Shown: positions 11,720-26,385 of the stretch, piece after piece
How positions within the stretch are numbered: position 1 is the first letter of the stretch
Layout: each line of letters opens with the position of its first letter
NCBI RefSeq assembly: GCF_018977255.1
Contig: NW_024704742.1
Location: forward strand, 95,978,001-96,042,000
Source: Callorhinchus milii
Lineage: Eukaryota
Reading direction: 5' to 3'
Length of the DNA: 64,000 bases
Position numbers and translations under genes: made by a program
Notes under the pieces: model-generated
Seen by the model: the letters and a program-made list of their open reading frames with translations, nothing else
What the model was told of the DNA's origin: nothing
The model's database searches: none

Positions 11720-13530
11720 CCTGTGAGTTTTCTTCCAGTGTGCCACATTATACTCTCAATGCTTCCACTGAACACTATTGTGAGTTTTGCTGGTAGGGAA
11801 GAATCCAAGAGTTTGCTGAAAACTTGAAAATTGCAAAAAATGCTCAGCACATCAAGGAACGTATTGAAGAAGTTCACTTTGAATCTCCGAGATCCTGGAT
11901 TGCCATGTGCTCCACTTTCATATTCAAATAGCTGCTTCGATCGTCTGTTTCGTCCCACCGGGAATTGAAGCAACACTTCCAGTTCTTTCACTACCTCTCA
12001 AGCATTAACCTGTTTACGGTCGATCCCGCTCCCTGCAACATATTGCGAGTTGTGCCAAGTAACATCACAGAAACAGAGTGCTGGGTGAAGCATTCCTCAA
12101 TAGCTTGCTGACAAAGTACACTTCAAGAAGTACCTCACACCAGATATCAAGTCTCATAATAGATTTGTATGGTAAGAATTCAGACAGCTGCAGCATCTTT
12201 GGGCTTCACAACTATTTTCCTGAAACCATTTGGAAACTTAGCAAGCTGATAGAAAAGAGATTCAGTCACCATACAGTGCTCCAAATCAATATTTGAAGGT
12301 TGCTTCACAATCCTGTTGATGTACTTCTTTAGGATTTGCTAACACCGTAGAACCATAGAATTTTATAGCAATAAGGATTCTAGAAACAGCATTAGAGGAT
12401 CAATGGGCTCAATCGCTCCCAACCACATGGTAGACATGTGGCACATAAAATTTTATGCATTTCTGTACACTAGCTCTCTTTCCCGTCATATTATAATTCT
12501 TCTCATAGGTTTAACTGGGCCAGTCGTTTACTTGCATACTGGTTCCGCCATTGGTGGTTATTGTTGATAAGAAATGTTGATAATAATAAAAAATAATAAT
12601 CGTCCTTACATTTGGTATAGTGCCTTTCATGTCAGGAGGACATCCTAAAGCACTTCTCAGGATAAGACCATAAGAACATAAGAATTTGCTAGGTGAACGA
12701 AGACCATGGTCCAACTAGTTTGTCTACCATAATCCTGGCAGCCTGAGATATTATTTTCTAGCAGAAATCTAATTTGTTCTTGAAACAAACAACACTTTCT
12801 GTTTCCACCGTCTCCCTCGGGAGCCTGTTCCATATTTTTACTACTCGCTCACTGAAGTAGTGTTTCTGCAGATTTGTTCTGAATTAGGACCTGTCTTTTG
12901 TCATTCAAAGTCTTCATAGCCCTTAATCTTAAATCAAACTTTGTTGACTCAAGCATGCATTCTACCTGCTCCTGCCAAGGTCATGGGAGCTTAAATGTCT
13001 CTTGCCATGCGCAATGGCCTTCAATACTAAGTAAGGTGTGTCTTGTTCCAATCATTTGCTAAATCAAAATAACGCCTCTCTGGAAACAATGTAGGTTAAT
13101 CATGTGAGCTGAATTGGCTGGAGTGTTCTAATAGTTTTCTGCTGTAAATCACCTCTTGCTTTTGTCCACTGAGGGCTTGGTACTGATTCATGTTGTACTT
13201 CAGCCACTTGAACTTCATAATTGAAAATTTCCAGCCAAGTTCAGAGTCCCCGAAGAGCGTTTTGAACTTCCAAGTAAACGACCATTGAAATCCTCTGTAC
13301 CTGAGGTATCATCGTCATCTTCTGAGAATACTGCTTCCAGATTTATCATTGTATTTCTGGACTCTCTGTATTGTCACACCATGAACATGTTAATGAATAG
13401 ACGATCAGCAATACAAAATCATTTGTCGAGTGACATTGTCTGTCTTCACTTCATCCTTCTATTGCTCAAGCTCTCACTTTGATGAACCTGACACATATTT
13501 GCTTTGTCCTTTTTTAAAAAAATTGTTCAA
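11720..13530 (-). mobile_element. Fossil hAT-superfamily (Tip100/Zaphod-like) transposase, interrupted by SINE and CR1 tail fragments at ~12590-12890
   Basis: Minus-strand peptide remnants in the expected N-to-C order: KYVSGSSK, VDKSKR*FTAENY, VECMLESTKFDLRLRAMKTLND, FYVPHVYH, DIWCEVLLEVYFVSKLLRN, KELEV...RNRRSKQLFEYES...FKVNFFNTFLD. Many stops and frameshifts. Confidence 0.6.
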
Positions 13531-15158
13531 CAATTTCTGCTGTAGTGAGATTTTAATACTTTACCATTATAGTCAGTACCAGGTATGCAGTCAAACATTT
13601 TATCAACAAATCAGCAGCTTGGTTATAATGGGTCTTGGTTATAATCATGATGTCCACCACTAGTGTAGACCTAAATGGCTAAATTGCCTGGCTTTGTGCT
13701 GTGATATTCTTGATTCGTGTTTTATCTCTTAGGAGAAAAATATTTTCTTGACAAGGAGGGAGTAGGAAATGTTGCAAGTGTATTACATTATTGTAGGTAT
13801 TTGCCTACAAAATAGGCAGTGACTACACTTACAGTAAATACATGACTCCTTGTGAGATGTTGCTGTGCTTAAACTGGCCATTGCAAATAGTCACTAACTG
13901 TACAGTAATTTCCTGTCAAGTGTGCTTTGACAGACGTTGATGTGCTAAGGTACTATATCAAATGCAAAGTTTATATTTGTTTATTAGCAGGCCTTCCTCT
14001 ACATTTGAATAATGTGCGTATTATACTGTTGCTGCATTCTGATCTACCATCTTTTTTTTAACTGAGCTAACTCTATATCTCCTGCTCCTTTGGATAAAAG
14101 TGGCTAAAATTACTCACAGTCAAATTCAATAATGGGGATAATGTTCATACTTGTAATTCAATCCTCCTCCCCCCTCACACAGGGTCATTATTTCCATGAT
14201 CCTTAATTACGGTCATCATTTTCAAATGGGATAACTTTGTGCTTAACCTGAAATTATTCCAATTGCTGACTCTGATCTTTCTGCAAAATAATTAAGTAAA
14301 TCAAGCTTGTGACTTAGAAGAAAAAGAATGTTAAATCAGTGCTTCCATTATTTTTTAAATTGAAGTATTAACAAGGATACTCTTAATAAGAGCCATGTAC
14401 TTTACTTGTCCCCATGTCTCTTGAAGATATTCATTCATGTTGGGGTGTGTTTCCATGGTCCAGGTTCAGTATCTTCCCTCGGTGGCCATTCTTCCTGTGC
14501 GAGCCCAGGTAGTGAATGTCACCAGGTTGTTCAACTGTGGGTGAATTGTAGCCTTGCCCTTTGCAGCAGGAATAGGTCAATGATCAGGAATAGGAACCTG
14601 GGGGTATTGAAGCTAATTACAATGTTCTTACATTTACATATTTGGAGTCAATTGACTTATGCATTTTTTTAATTAACATTCTAAATCTTCTTATCTTCTA
14701 TGTGTAAAAATATAGATGATTAATTTATTTTGTTTTCCTCTCTGCCCCCACCCCATAAGTGGGGGAAGGCAGCAATGGGGGGAGAGTTTAGAGGATATGA
14801 TGTGGATATGTGACATTTATTGAAGGTATTTGTTTTGTAGCAAAATGTAGAATGCAATAAGATATATTGGTTTATGGCAGTCTCGTTCTACACTGCTTAA
14901 AAAGTATTCTTGGGGAATCCAGCAAGATGCCAAAATATGATTGATGGACTCTTAGTTTTACTGTGGTTCTCCATGAGTACTGGATTCTATATATTTAATC
15001 TATTTATGACTGACCTAAAAAGTCCCGTGACCCTCCTTAGTCATGGATGGTAGCATCAGAAACCGAGATCTTGTTGTGAACTTCGGGACCTTCACTGGAC
15101 TTCTCCATCATTTGATAGCTGGGGTGCATGTCTCATCAATTATATGTCTTCTTCCTAG

Positions 15159-15235
15159 GTTGGTTTCGACCCACACTCACACATGCGTGTACCTGGAATG
15201 CCTCCAAATCTAACTGGCATCCCTGGTGGAAAACC
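15159..15235 (+). CDS. TLE1: TLE1-like coding exon (~exon 14)
   Basis: tcctag|GTT...AAACC|gtaagt; 77 nt, phase 0-2; VGFDPHSHMRVPGMPPNLTGIPGGKP. Confidence 0.96.
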
Positions 15236-15725
15236 GTAAGTAGTTGTTTGAAAGCATTTCACATCTTCAACATAATTAAACATTGGCGGGGTCTGTGTTT
15301 GCTGTCCATCATTCACATTTACAAGAAAATAAAATGGAATAACTTTTCACAAAATGAGTGTTAACAACAAGATCTGTTTGTTTCCCGCATTGTGACTTAG
15401 AAATAACCAGTATTGATTTTTATTTGTGAACATTTTGTAAGCTAATTGTAAGGCAAAATTTACGATAAAATTGTTTGTACAGGGTTTTCCTTTTGCTTAA
15501 ATGTAAGTGATTTACGAAAATGCAGGTAAATTCTGATCTTTCTACACTTGAGATACGTAGACGTTGAGTTCAGACGTTTGTGACTCTCACATAAGTCATT
15601 TTAACATGAGAAATGGAAACAATGGCGCCAGTATTTCTGATATTAATAAATATTGCATACTTTTAATTTATAGCATGCAAACTGGAAGTGGTCACAAGAG
15701 GTACAAACCTATATGCAATCAATAG

Positions 15726-16112
<387 letters not shown>

Positions 16113-17716
16113 TGAGATTTAATCAGGAAGCTATAAAACAATTCTAGGTGGCTGTTCATCCAGCTCACAAATAAGGAAATGGCAATGAGTTTTGTTTCCT
16201 GATGTGCATTTTTAACACCAGCTTCGCACTTTTCTCATTTCCCTACCCCCCCCCACACCCCCATCAAAGCTGTGTGAACCAGATGTGCACAGTTTCAACA
16301 GGGAGAGTGAAACCTCATTTTTAGGGCTTAGTTTACCAAAGACTTGGCAGGACATCAAGATACTTCTGTCTTAAATTCCTTAAGAAATGTGATCCAATAA
16401 TAAAGGATGTTTGCATTCGTAAAGCCATTAGAGAGATTGACCTCAGTGAGTGACATTAAAGTGATGTGCTGGAGAAATGGAAATAAAATATGGAAGAACT
16501 CAATTCATAAGGTTCATAAACATGCTGAGCCATGGTAAGGTTGTGTGCACAGTGACCATCGAAGTAACTTTATAGTCTGTTTGGAACTTTTATTTCTTAA
16601 TGAAAACTGCATAGTCCAATACTGCATATTTTCATTCTTGTACTTTTTAATGCCCAGAGCCTTCCTGGCAACTATGGAATAGTATTTATTATGTAATTGA
16701 TGTGCCCCAATCTAAAGTATCCCTTCCCGCATAAAGTTTGAGGTAATGTGAAGGAAAGAAAAGTTACTGAAGTATTCTAATAACCTAAAAGTAAGAGTAC
16801 TTTCCTGCCAATTTCAGAAGACTGTTTATAGAGCAATTGTTGTCAGAGTACCAGAAACCTTTGCACTTGGCATTAAAATTGATTGGGGGAAAAATTAACT
16901 AAAAACTTTGGTTAATTGTATGAATATACATGAATGTATGAATATCAAGGTCTGTTTATTCTTGTGGTCGGCATTTGCTCGGGGTACTGGAAGGATAGGT
17001 CAGACTCGAACTATTTGCTTTATTTTTAGCACTTCAACCGTTTTGTTCCAGACCAGGTTTCAGCTGTGGTTATTGGAACCATTTGTACAAATCTGGAATT
17101 TATTTTATTGAGTGCGACTGACCACAGAATACAAAACTAAATCGGTGGGATTAGCCCTCTTGAACGAAGGCACCAATTAATTTTTACAACCTGAGTATTT
17201 TTTTCTGTTTGTAAATTGAGAACTGGACTGGTATTGAACATTTTTTATGGATGTGTAGGGATCCAAGCTAAAGTGGTGGATGATTTTGAGTAACGCAGAC
17301 GTACTTTAAACAGCACTCTAAAATCTCAATATATCCAACTCGGGCTGATCAGATGAAGCATTGTGTCTCCATGTCTCTTTGACTGTCTCCGAGTCAGTGT
17401 AGAGAGCAGCGGTGTGAGTCTGCACTACCCATAAATCAGCACTAAATTACCCCGACTACCTCAGAAACCACAAAGACATGTTGTGTGGGAAATACGTTGG
17501 TGCCGTTGAGGGCAATGTCATCTGAATTTAATAATAATAAAACACCTCCTGCTTATTCTGGATTTTATCCGTGAAATGATGTAAACCAAGTGCATCTCTT
17601 TGGACCTTGCTCACATTTGAACATTGTAACTGTATAATTTCATACTAACCACGGACAGTTTTTTTAATCTAAACTGATGAGTTTATTGCATTTCTCAAAA
17701 GATACTAAAATATTAA

Positions 17717-17986
<270 letters not shown>

Positions 17987-18564
17987 TAAGAGTTTAAACA
18001 TGCAAACTGCAATCCTGACCTTTGCTTTTTGGGTGGGTGAATTGGGAAGCTGTTCTGTTTCCTGACTGGTAATAGGATTATTGACGTACATGTTAAGAGA
18101 CATTATTTTACTTAGTAAAGGAGCCAAGGGCTGCTTTTCATTGATTCTAGCTTGCCTGGCATGTAATACTTTTTGAAGAACAATTTGCATAAGTATAGGT
18201 ACGGGCTTTGACTACGTTCACTTTTGAGTGTACAGTCATATTATTTTGGAACAATTGTTTGTACTTTCCTATCTCAGCAACTCAAATCTACTGCCTATAT
18301 TCTAGACTACTTTTCCTGATTGCACCTTACCATTGATGTCCGAGCCTTTAGCCACTATGCTCCCGCCCTCCAAAACTCCCTTCAGTAATCGCTTGTCAAC
18401 AACCTGTTAAATCAAAATAATTGATTTCACTGACCTCGTTCACGGACAACCTACACCTTGCACAGCATGACACCATTTCCTAGTTTACATTCAGAAACAT
18501 TCTAAAGAAACAGTTATTTTGTTCAACAACATAAAAGCTTTGCCCCTGCACACAACCCCTCACT

Positions 18565-19286
18565 CAACAACAACAACTTGGATTTATATAGCGCCCTCCA
18601 TGCCAGACGGCGTCTCAGAGCGCTTCACAGTAAAGGATCCTGAGGCCGAGCTAGGGGGATGGGGAGGAAGGTGACCAAAGGCGCGGTTGAAAAGAAAGGT
18701 CTTCAGCAGGGACCTGAAAATAGGAAGAGATGGGGCGAGGCAAGGGGAGTGAGGAAGGGAATTCCAGAGCCTTGGGGCATAGTGGCTGAAGGCACGACCA
18801 CCGAGGGTACAGCGGAGGACTCGGGGGATGAGGAGGAGGTCAGACCCGGAGGAACAAAGATAACGGGTACTGTTTTGAGGAGAGAGGAGGTCAGAGAGGT
18901 AGGGGGGTGCAGAGGAGTGCAGGGATTTGAAGACAAGGGTGAAGATCTTGAAGTCGATCCTCTCTGGGACAGGCAGCCAGTGCAGTCTGGCAAGGACTGG
19001 GGTGATCGGGGAGTGGAGTTTGGTGCAGGTGGGAATGCGGGCGGCAGAGTTTTGAATGATCTGGATTTTGTGGATGGTAGTGGAGGGGGGACCGGTGAGG
19101 AGGGCGTTAGAATAGTCCAGCCGAGAGGTGACAAATGCATGGACTTGGGTTTCAGCGGCTTTCGGGGAGAGGTATTGGCGGAGACAGGTGATGCGTTGGA
19201 GGTGGAAGAAGGCGGTGCTGGTGAGGGACTGGATGTGGGGGAGGAAGGATAATTGGGGCTCAAACCTGACGCTAGGTTGCGCTCAG
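18565..19286 (-). mobile_element. L2-clade LINE 3' fragment (ORF2 C-terminus and tail)
   Basis: Reverse strand reads [16 protein letters not shown]...KIQIIQNSAARI...LARLHWLPV; (GTT)n tail. Very similar to 25260-25972. Confidence 0.9.
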
Positions 19287-19564
19287 TGTTATAACTTATA
19301 TCTGTTAAAATACAAGTTGCTATTGTTGAGCACTTGGAGATGTTCATGTTATGTGAAAGGCACTATATAACTGCAAGTTGTGAGAATGTTTTGTCCGTAA
19401 GTTTAACCATAAGTTTGGTAACAAGTGTTCATGGTTTAAAACTGAATTTTGGTGGTTAGCGAACAAAAATATTCTGCTCACTTTAACTAGATTTTAATTA
19501 CTGTAACTTTATAGACTAGCTCTCTCACTTTAAATTTATTGCACCTGGATCATATCTACCCATC

Positions 19565-19750
19565 TAATAATAAAAAATAATATGGTCACTCAATTCGCAA
19601 CTGTTTGTGGGGCACTGCTGTGCGCAATTGGCAGCCGTGTTTTGTCTACCAAATACACAATCATACATTTTACAACATTTTGTGAAACTGAGATGTCTCA
19701 ACAACGTGATAAGGCACTATTTCAAATGCAAGCAATATTGTTATTATAAT
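19565..19750 (+). mobile_element. Deu-SINE 3' half
   Basis: GCTGTGCGCAATTGGCAGCC core and tail. Confidence 0.75.
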
Positions 19751-19863
19751 CAAGAAGCCTGTGTTATGTCCTGCATGGATTGTTTAACCAGATCTAGTAC
19801 CAAACAGTGAAGAAACGTCATGATCTGGAGTCCAAAACTAACAACATAATTGTGTTTATCTAA

Positions 19864-20103
<240 letters not shown>

Positions 20104-21837
20104 TAATTGTTTTCACTGTCTTCTTCCATGAATAATTTACACCTTTTACAGCTTAACATTGTTTCCTAGTTTTTAAATGATGTTTAGGGGGCACAAAGAT
20201 AGACTGGCTGTAGTTTTTTTATCTGTAAAATGAGATGTTATTTTGAGTTTATAAAAAGGCTCATAATCGGAGATCATTTCAGTGATCCTGCTTATGTAAG
20301 TTTGCCAATAATTTCAAGCCCATTCAAAACCGTTGTAAATAAAAATCCCCTTGAAATCCCTAACAATGACTAGTCTCCAAGTTCTTGCTTCCTGTGCCCA
20401 GTACCTTAGATTCCCCTGATTGTGAGCTCCTCATCTCAGTCATTGCATTGTGATCACTGCCAAGTGGCCAGACATTCCTCCACAGGAAGAGGAAGAAGAT
20501 TCCCAAAGGACCAATAATGCTATTTTAATAGCTCCCTTTGTCTTCCTTTACTGAAGCTGGGATGCCTCAGCCTCTTGAGAGCATTCCCTTGAATTATTTT
20601 GTTGGGAAAGCAAGAATAGGAGAAACAGTGCCACCAAATCCCCTTTTAGTCAGCGTAATCCAAAGTTGCCATCCCAATAGACGGAAGATGGCGGCCTATA
20701 AGTTTAGGCCCAGAGGCAAATGGGGCAGAAGCTTGGTCAAAGGCCACAAACAAAAGGGAGGAGGATCATACCGTGGGCAGCATCGCTTTAGAATGTATGT
20801 GTAACAATCTCATACCAATTATAAAGTGAATTTAGTATTTATACACTATATCTCGAGTTCTGTGTAAAGTGGTAAAGAAACGATAAGCGGGTATCTAAAA
20901 CCTTGACACTTCAATTATAAGGCATATTTACTAGCACTAAAAGTTCTAGTTACAAACAGACCAGCTGTGTAGATTATGATTGTGAAAGCGTGAGTTATAC
21001 AAGAACATTGTTTGCACCTTTGTGCAGGTCTTTGTGACATACATGCCTCGATGGCAAGCTAGGAGTTTTCAGGTCATTAAAACAAATGTAAAGGTGTGAT
21101 TTGATGCATTGAATTTTACAGCATACAAATCTTATCTTAATCTTGCATGAGTGATTTTCCTTTGAGCAATCAGAATTCAAAGACAAGTGTTTAAAAGAGT
21201 GACCTGTACTGGCCAGCAAAAGGACCAACTTAACCTGGCCTCGAATTTCATTGTAGCTGATGTGGTTCCAAGATAACGTGTATATATAAAATGCACAAGA
21301 ATTCTACATTAATGCTGAACTGATGGGAAATAATTGGAGAATAAACGATGATTAAAATCATAACTCCATTGTTACGAAGTGCGCTTGCAAGTGAGATGCA
21401 AATGTAGCAGGGCAGACAGTGTAAGGAATAAGGCTTTTTTTTCCTGTGCTCCAGTTCACTAATGCAGCAAAACTTAAAATAAATCAGGTATCTGTTCTAG
21501 GTGAGGGGCTGAAAATGGAGAACAAATTGGAAGGGTCTATTTATGTTCCAAGCCAAAAACATGAAAGTACATGTTTGTTTTGTAACCAATAAATATCTTT
21601 ATTTAAATCTTAAATTATTTTGCAGCAATCTTGCAAATTTACTTCTGAACTCCTAAATCTTGCACAGAGATTACTGTACCGATCTATCAGTTCAGAATAT
21701 AGGAAAGCGACCTAAAACTCTGAATAGATTATAGGAAAGGGCATAGGACATCTTTGGAACAATCATTATTCTTATATACCTTCAGAGTTCATAATGTTTT
21801 ATGGTTTTCATTTCCATTATGTACGTTTATGTTCTAA

Positions 21838-22020
<183 letters not shown>

Positions 22021-22584
22021 TAACTATGATTGAAATGGTCTGAAATCCCTTTGTACAGTTGACTACTGATGAACATGAGCCAAGGGACTTTCCATTCCTT
22101 GCTGGCCTCCCCAATGGCCAGCAATATCGACTTTGACTTGGATTGTTTGAATCCTGGGATTCAAACAAGTACAATGTCGATACAGCATTTATTGGCATGT
22201 TTGAAAAAGATGGTGAATGTCAGTACCGACATTGTAGTTATACTTTGCCAGGAATTCCAGCTCGTCAGGTCGGATCTTCTTCTCTCCCCCTCCCCCCCAC
22301 CTCATTAATCCTGCTAGCCAGGGTTTTAATCTACTGCATGCATAACTCTCTGTTGGTATCTGTCTGTGCCATTGTCACTCTTTCTGTCTGGTTGTGTTGC
22401 TGAGGTAGGCTGGGAGGGAGGTGAGTCAGTGACTGGCTCGGGAAGAGGTTGCTGCATCGTGCAGGTGATCTTAGCCAATTTCCTTGGCATTTTTCTGAGG
22501 TGAGATTTAGCATCTCAGGATCCTGGGATTTGGGACATTAAAATCCTGAAATCCAGGGATTCAGACAAAGCCTGGGATTGCAGT

Positions 22585-22712
22585 AGGCAAAATACTGTAG
22601 ATGCTGGAAATCTGAAATAAAAACAGAAGTCACTGATAGCACTGGGCAGGCAGCATCTATGGGGAGAGGAAAATTAGTTAATGCTTCAGGTCAATGACCT
22701 TTCTGTTTTTAC
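22585..22712 (+). repeat. Degenerate shark-type dispersed repeat (reverse copy ~33240-33330)
   Basis: AAATACTGTAGATGCTGGAAATCTGAAATAAAAACAGAA...GCAGCATCT; the reverse-related TTTTATTTCAGATTCCCA is at ~33307. Confidence 0.5.
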
Positions 22713-23075
22713 CCATGGGATTGCAATTGTTTCGGATGAGATGTTAAAACTGAGTTTCCACTGAGTCCAGATTCACTTTAAAGTACATCTGTTATTATGT
22801 AAGGATTAAATATATCCTCACATGCTGCTGTGTTCGCCTATGAATACACAGTCAGTACTCTTTACAGAAAAGGCCCATAAAGTGCTTTATATCAAATGCG
22901 AGGTTATTATAGGATTATTATTATTGATGTTAGTGGCCTCTAATGGAATTTCCCCATTATAAATTTGGATTGTCAAAGTTGATACATGGAACATTGACTG
23001 GTATCTCATCCCTCAGATGCCAATTAGTGACTGCACAAACGTTGTTTAGTTTGGGGGGGCTGGAAGGAGAAGTAA

Positions 23076-23264
<189 letters not shown>

Positions 23265-23321
23265 TAATCATTTTAAGATTTCTACATCCATAATCTTGTG
23301 GACTGTGTTAAATGTATAGTA

Positions 23322-24320
23322 AATAACAACAATAACATTTGTATAGCACCTTTCATATCAGGAGGACTCCCAAGTGCTGGACTGTCAGTGTTTCATACCT
23401 GAGCTGGGGTTCAGGATTGGGGAGGGTGGAGGGCCGGGAGGGAGGAGGGTGATTGAAAGCATGGTCGAAGAGGCAGGTCTTGAGATGTGTCTTGAAGGAG
23501 GCAAGGGAGGGGGCTAGGCGGAGGTCCTGCAGGATGGAGTTCCAGAGGGTGGGGGCAGAGTGGCAGAAGGCCCACGGACCAATGGTCGGGCAGGCGAGGT
23601 GGGGGACGTGATGTAGGCAGGAACCCGCTAAGCGGAGGCAGTGGGCAGGATGGTAGGGGGTTAGGAGGTCACAGAGGTAAGGGATAGCAAGGCCATGGAG
23701 GGCTTTGAAGGTGAGGACCAGGATCTTGAACTGTATACTCTGTGATGGGAAGCCAGAGGAGTCAGGTGAGGATGGGGGTGATAGGGTCACAGAGCCTGTT
23801 GCAGGAGAGGACACAGGCTGCTGAGTTCTGGATGATCTGTAGCCTATGGAAGGGGGAGTTGGGGAGGCCAACAAGCAATCAGTTTGCATAGTCAAGCCTC
23901 GATGTTATGAATGTGAGTATGAGGGTTTCGGGAGAGATGCGGTGTGAGACAGTGGCGGAGTCGGGCGATGTTGTAGAGTTGGAGGAAGGCAGAGAGGGTC
24001 ATAGCATGGATGTGGGGTAAAAAGGATAATTGAGGGTCAACAAGACGCCAAGGTACCAGACTGGCTTAGCAAGGTGGACTGTGCAACCATGGATGGTAAT
24101 GCTTGTCAGCGCCTGAGGTGAGGAGGCGCTGACAGGAGCCAATCAGGAGAGCCTCGTTCTTGTTGACGTTCAACTGTAGAAAATTAGCTCTCATCTAGGA
24201 CTTGATATCTGACAGACATTCTGTCAGGACAGCAGTGGTCCTGGAGTCAAGGGTGGAGACAGAGAGGTATAGTTGGGTGTTATCCGCATACATGTGGAAA
24301 TTGACCCCATGTCTGCAGAT
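23322..24320 (-). mobile_element. L2-clade LINE 3' fragment, 5'-truncated at the RT YADD region
   Basis: Reverse strand reads HGVNFHMYADNTQLYL, then IQFKILVLTFKALHGLAIPYLCDLL...FCHSAPTLWNSI...FKTHLKTCLF. Confidence 0.9.
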
Positions 24321-24621
24321 CAAATGGATTAAATCAGTCTAGCTTAATAAGAAAGTTTATACAATTCCAATACAGCCGTGAAGAAGCTATTGAGAAGTTA
24401 ATGCATTGGAAAAGGTGTGCATTAATGTGATAAAAGATATAATTTTGTGTTAAGTGATTTAATATTTACAGCTATATTAAGGTAGTTTGTAGCAACAAGT
24501 TGAGGTAGGAGACTAGCTGACGCTTGCAAGTCTCCTACAGTTCCTGATAGTATTCACAAAGGTACAATGAAGAGGAGGAGTGGACATGTTTGGCCCTTGT
24601 CCATTTAATATTAAGTGTATG

Positions 24622-25972
24622 AGCTTTGCCAAAACTCTGGAACACGTTGTTGCCAACCAACTCCGCGCACACCTCTCCCTCCACACCCTACTTGAACCCT
24701 CCAGTCTGGTTTCCACACTGCTCACAGTACAGAGACTGCACTGGTGAAAGTCACAAATGATATCCTCACTAATCTGTGACCAGGGCTCCCTCTGTCTCCT
24801 CATCCTCCTGGACCTCCCTGCCGTGTTCGACACAGTTGATCACGCCATCCTCCTCCACCGCCTGTCCTCCATCATCCACCTCAGTGGGACTCACTTGGTT
24901 CGAGTCTTACCTTACAAATCCTTCTCTCTTCCACCCGGTCACCTTACGGGGTACCCCAAGGATCCATCCTTAGCCCCCTTCTCCTCCTCATCTATTTGCT
25001 CCCTCTCAATGATATCATCCGCACACACGGGGTTAACTTCCACATGTTTGCGGATGACACTCAACTCTACTTTTCCACCTCCAGTTGGGACCCCTAGTCC
25101 CCTGATGTTCTGTCAGCTTGTCTGAACATCTGAGCACAAATTTCCTGCAGTTAAAACATCAACAAGACAGAAGCCATATTCCTTGGTTCCCGCCGACGTC
25201 TTTTGTCCCACGGTTCCGACCTCCTCAACCTACCCGACCTGTCCTTAAAACTCTCCCACCCCGTGCACAACTTAGGCATCAGGTTCAATCCCCAGTTATC
25301 CTTCCTCCCCCAAATCCGGTCTCTGACCAGCACCGCTTTCTTCCATCTCCGCCACATCGTCCGTCTCCTACAATATTTCACCCCAAAAGCTGCCGACACC
25401 CTTGTCCATGCCTTTGTCACCTCTTGACTGGACTATTCTAACGCCCTCCTCGCTGGTCTCTCCTCCTCCACTATTCACAAAATTCAGCTCATTCAAAACT
25501 CCGCCACCCACATTCTCACCCGAACCAAACTTCGTACCCCGATTACTCCAGTCCTGGCCAAACTCCACTGGCTCCCTGTCACAGAGCGAATCAACTTCAA
25601 GATCCTCACTCTAGTGTTTAAATCCCTCCATTCCTTGCCTCCCCACCCCCCATCTCTCTAACCTCCTCTCTCCCCACAGCAGTACCCGCTGCCTCCGCTC
25701 TACTGGGTCCGGCCTCCTTCGTGTCCCCTGAATCCTCTGCTCCACCATCAGTGCCTTCAGCCACTACGCCCCGAAACTTTGGAACTCACTCCCTCAACCC
25801 CTTCATCTCGCCCCCTCCTTCCCCATCTTCAGGTCGTGCCTGAAGACGTTCCTCTTCGATCACGCCTACGGACACCTTCCCCTGGCCCGGCCTCGGGCTC
25901 TGCCATTGTTAAGTGCTCTGAGACGCCGCCCGGCATGGAAGGAAGTAGATAAATGCATGTTGTTATTGTTGT
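24622..25972 (+). mobile_element. L2-clade LINE 3' fragment with decayed RT
   Basis: [45 protein letters not shown]; frameshifts; tail ...AAATGCATGTTGTTATTGTTG. Confidence 0.92.
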
Positions 25973-26229
25973 ATGAGTAGAATCCTGTAATCCAATGGTT
26001 GTTTTAGTTTTCAGCACTCCCTTCCCTTTATATTAAATACAGATCTGAAACTTAAAGTTGCCTCCACGTTGCATACATGCAACCACTTGTTTGGCTTTGG
26101 AAAGGAGTATAGGGAGCAATTGGAAGGAAATAATGACATTTAAGATCAAAATGTGCAGACTTGGTGTGTTGAAAAATAAGATCTGATCTTTGAAACCATT
26201 GTAATTCATGTACAGTGAGTATAAACTAA

Positions 26230-26385
<156 letters not shown>

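Noticed and set aside
18659..19347. Long ORFs of 197 and 214 aa
   Set aside because: Antisense and off-frame readings of a GC-skewed L2 remnant, not genes.
22585..22712. Possible hammerhead ribozyme in a Penelope-associated shark-type repeat
   Set aside because: The CTGATGA and GAAA core motifs are not intact on either strand.
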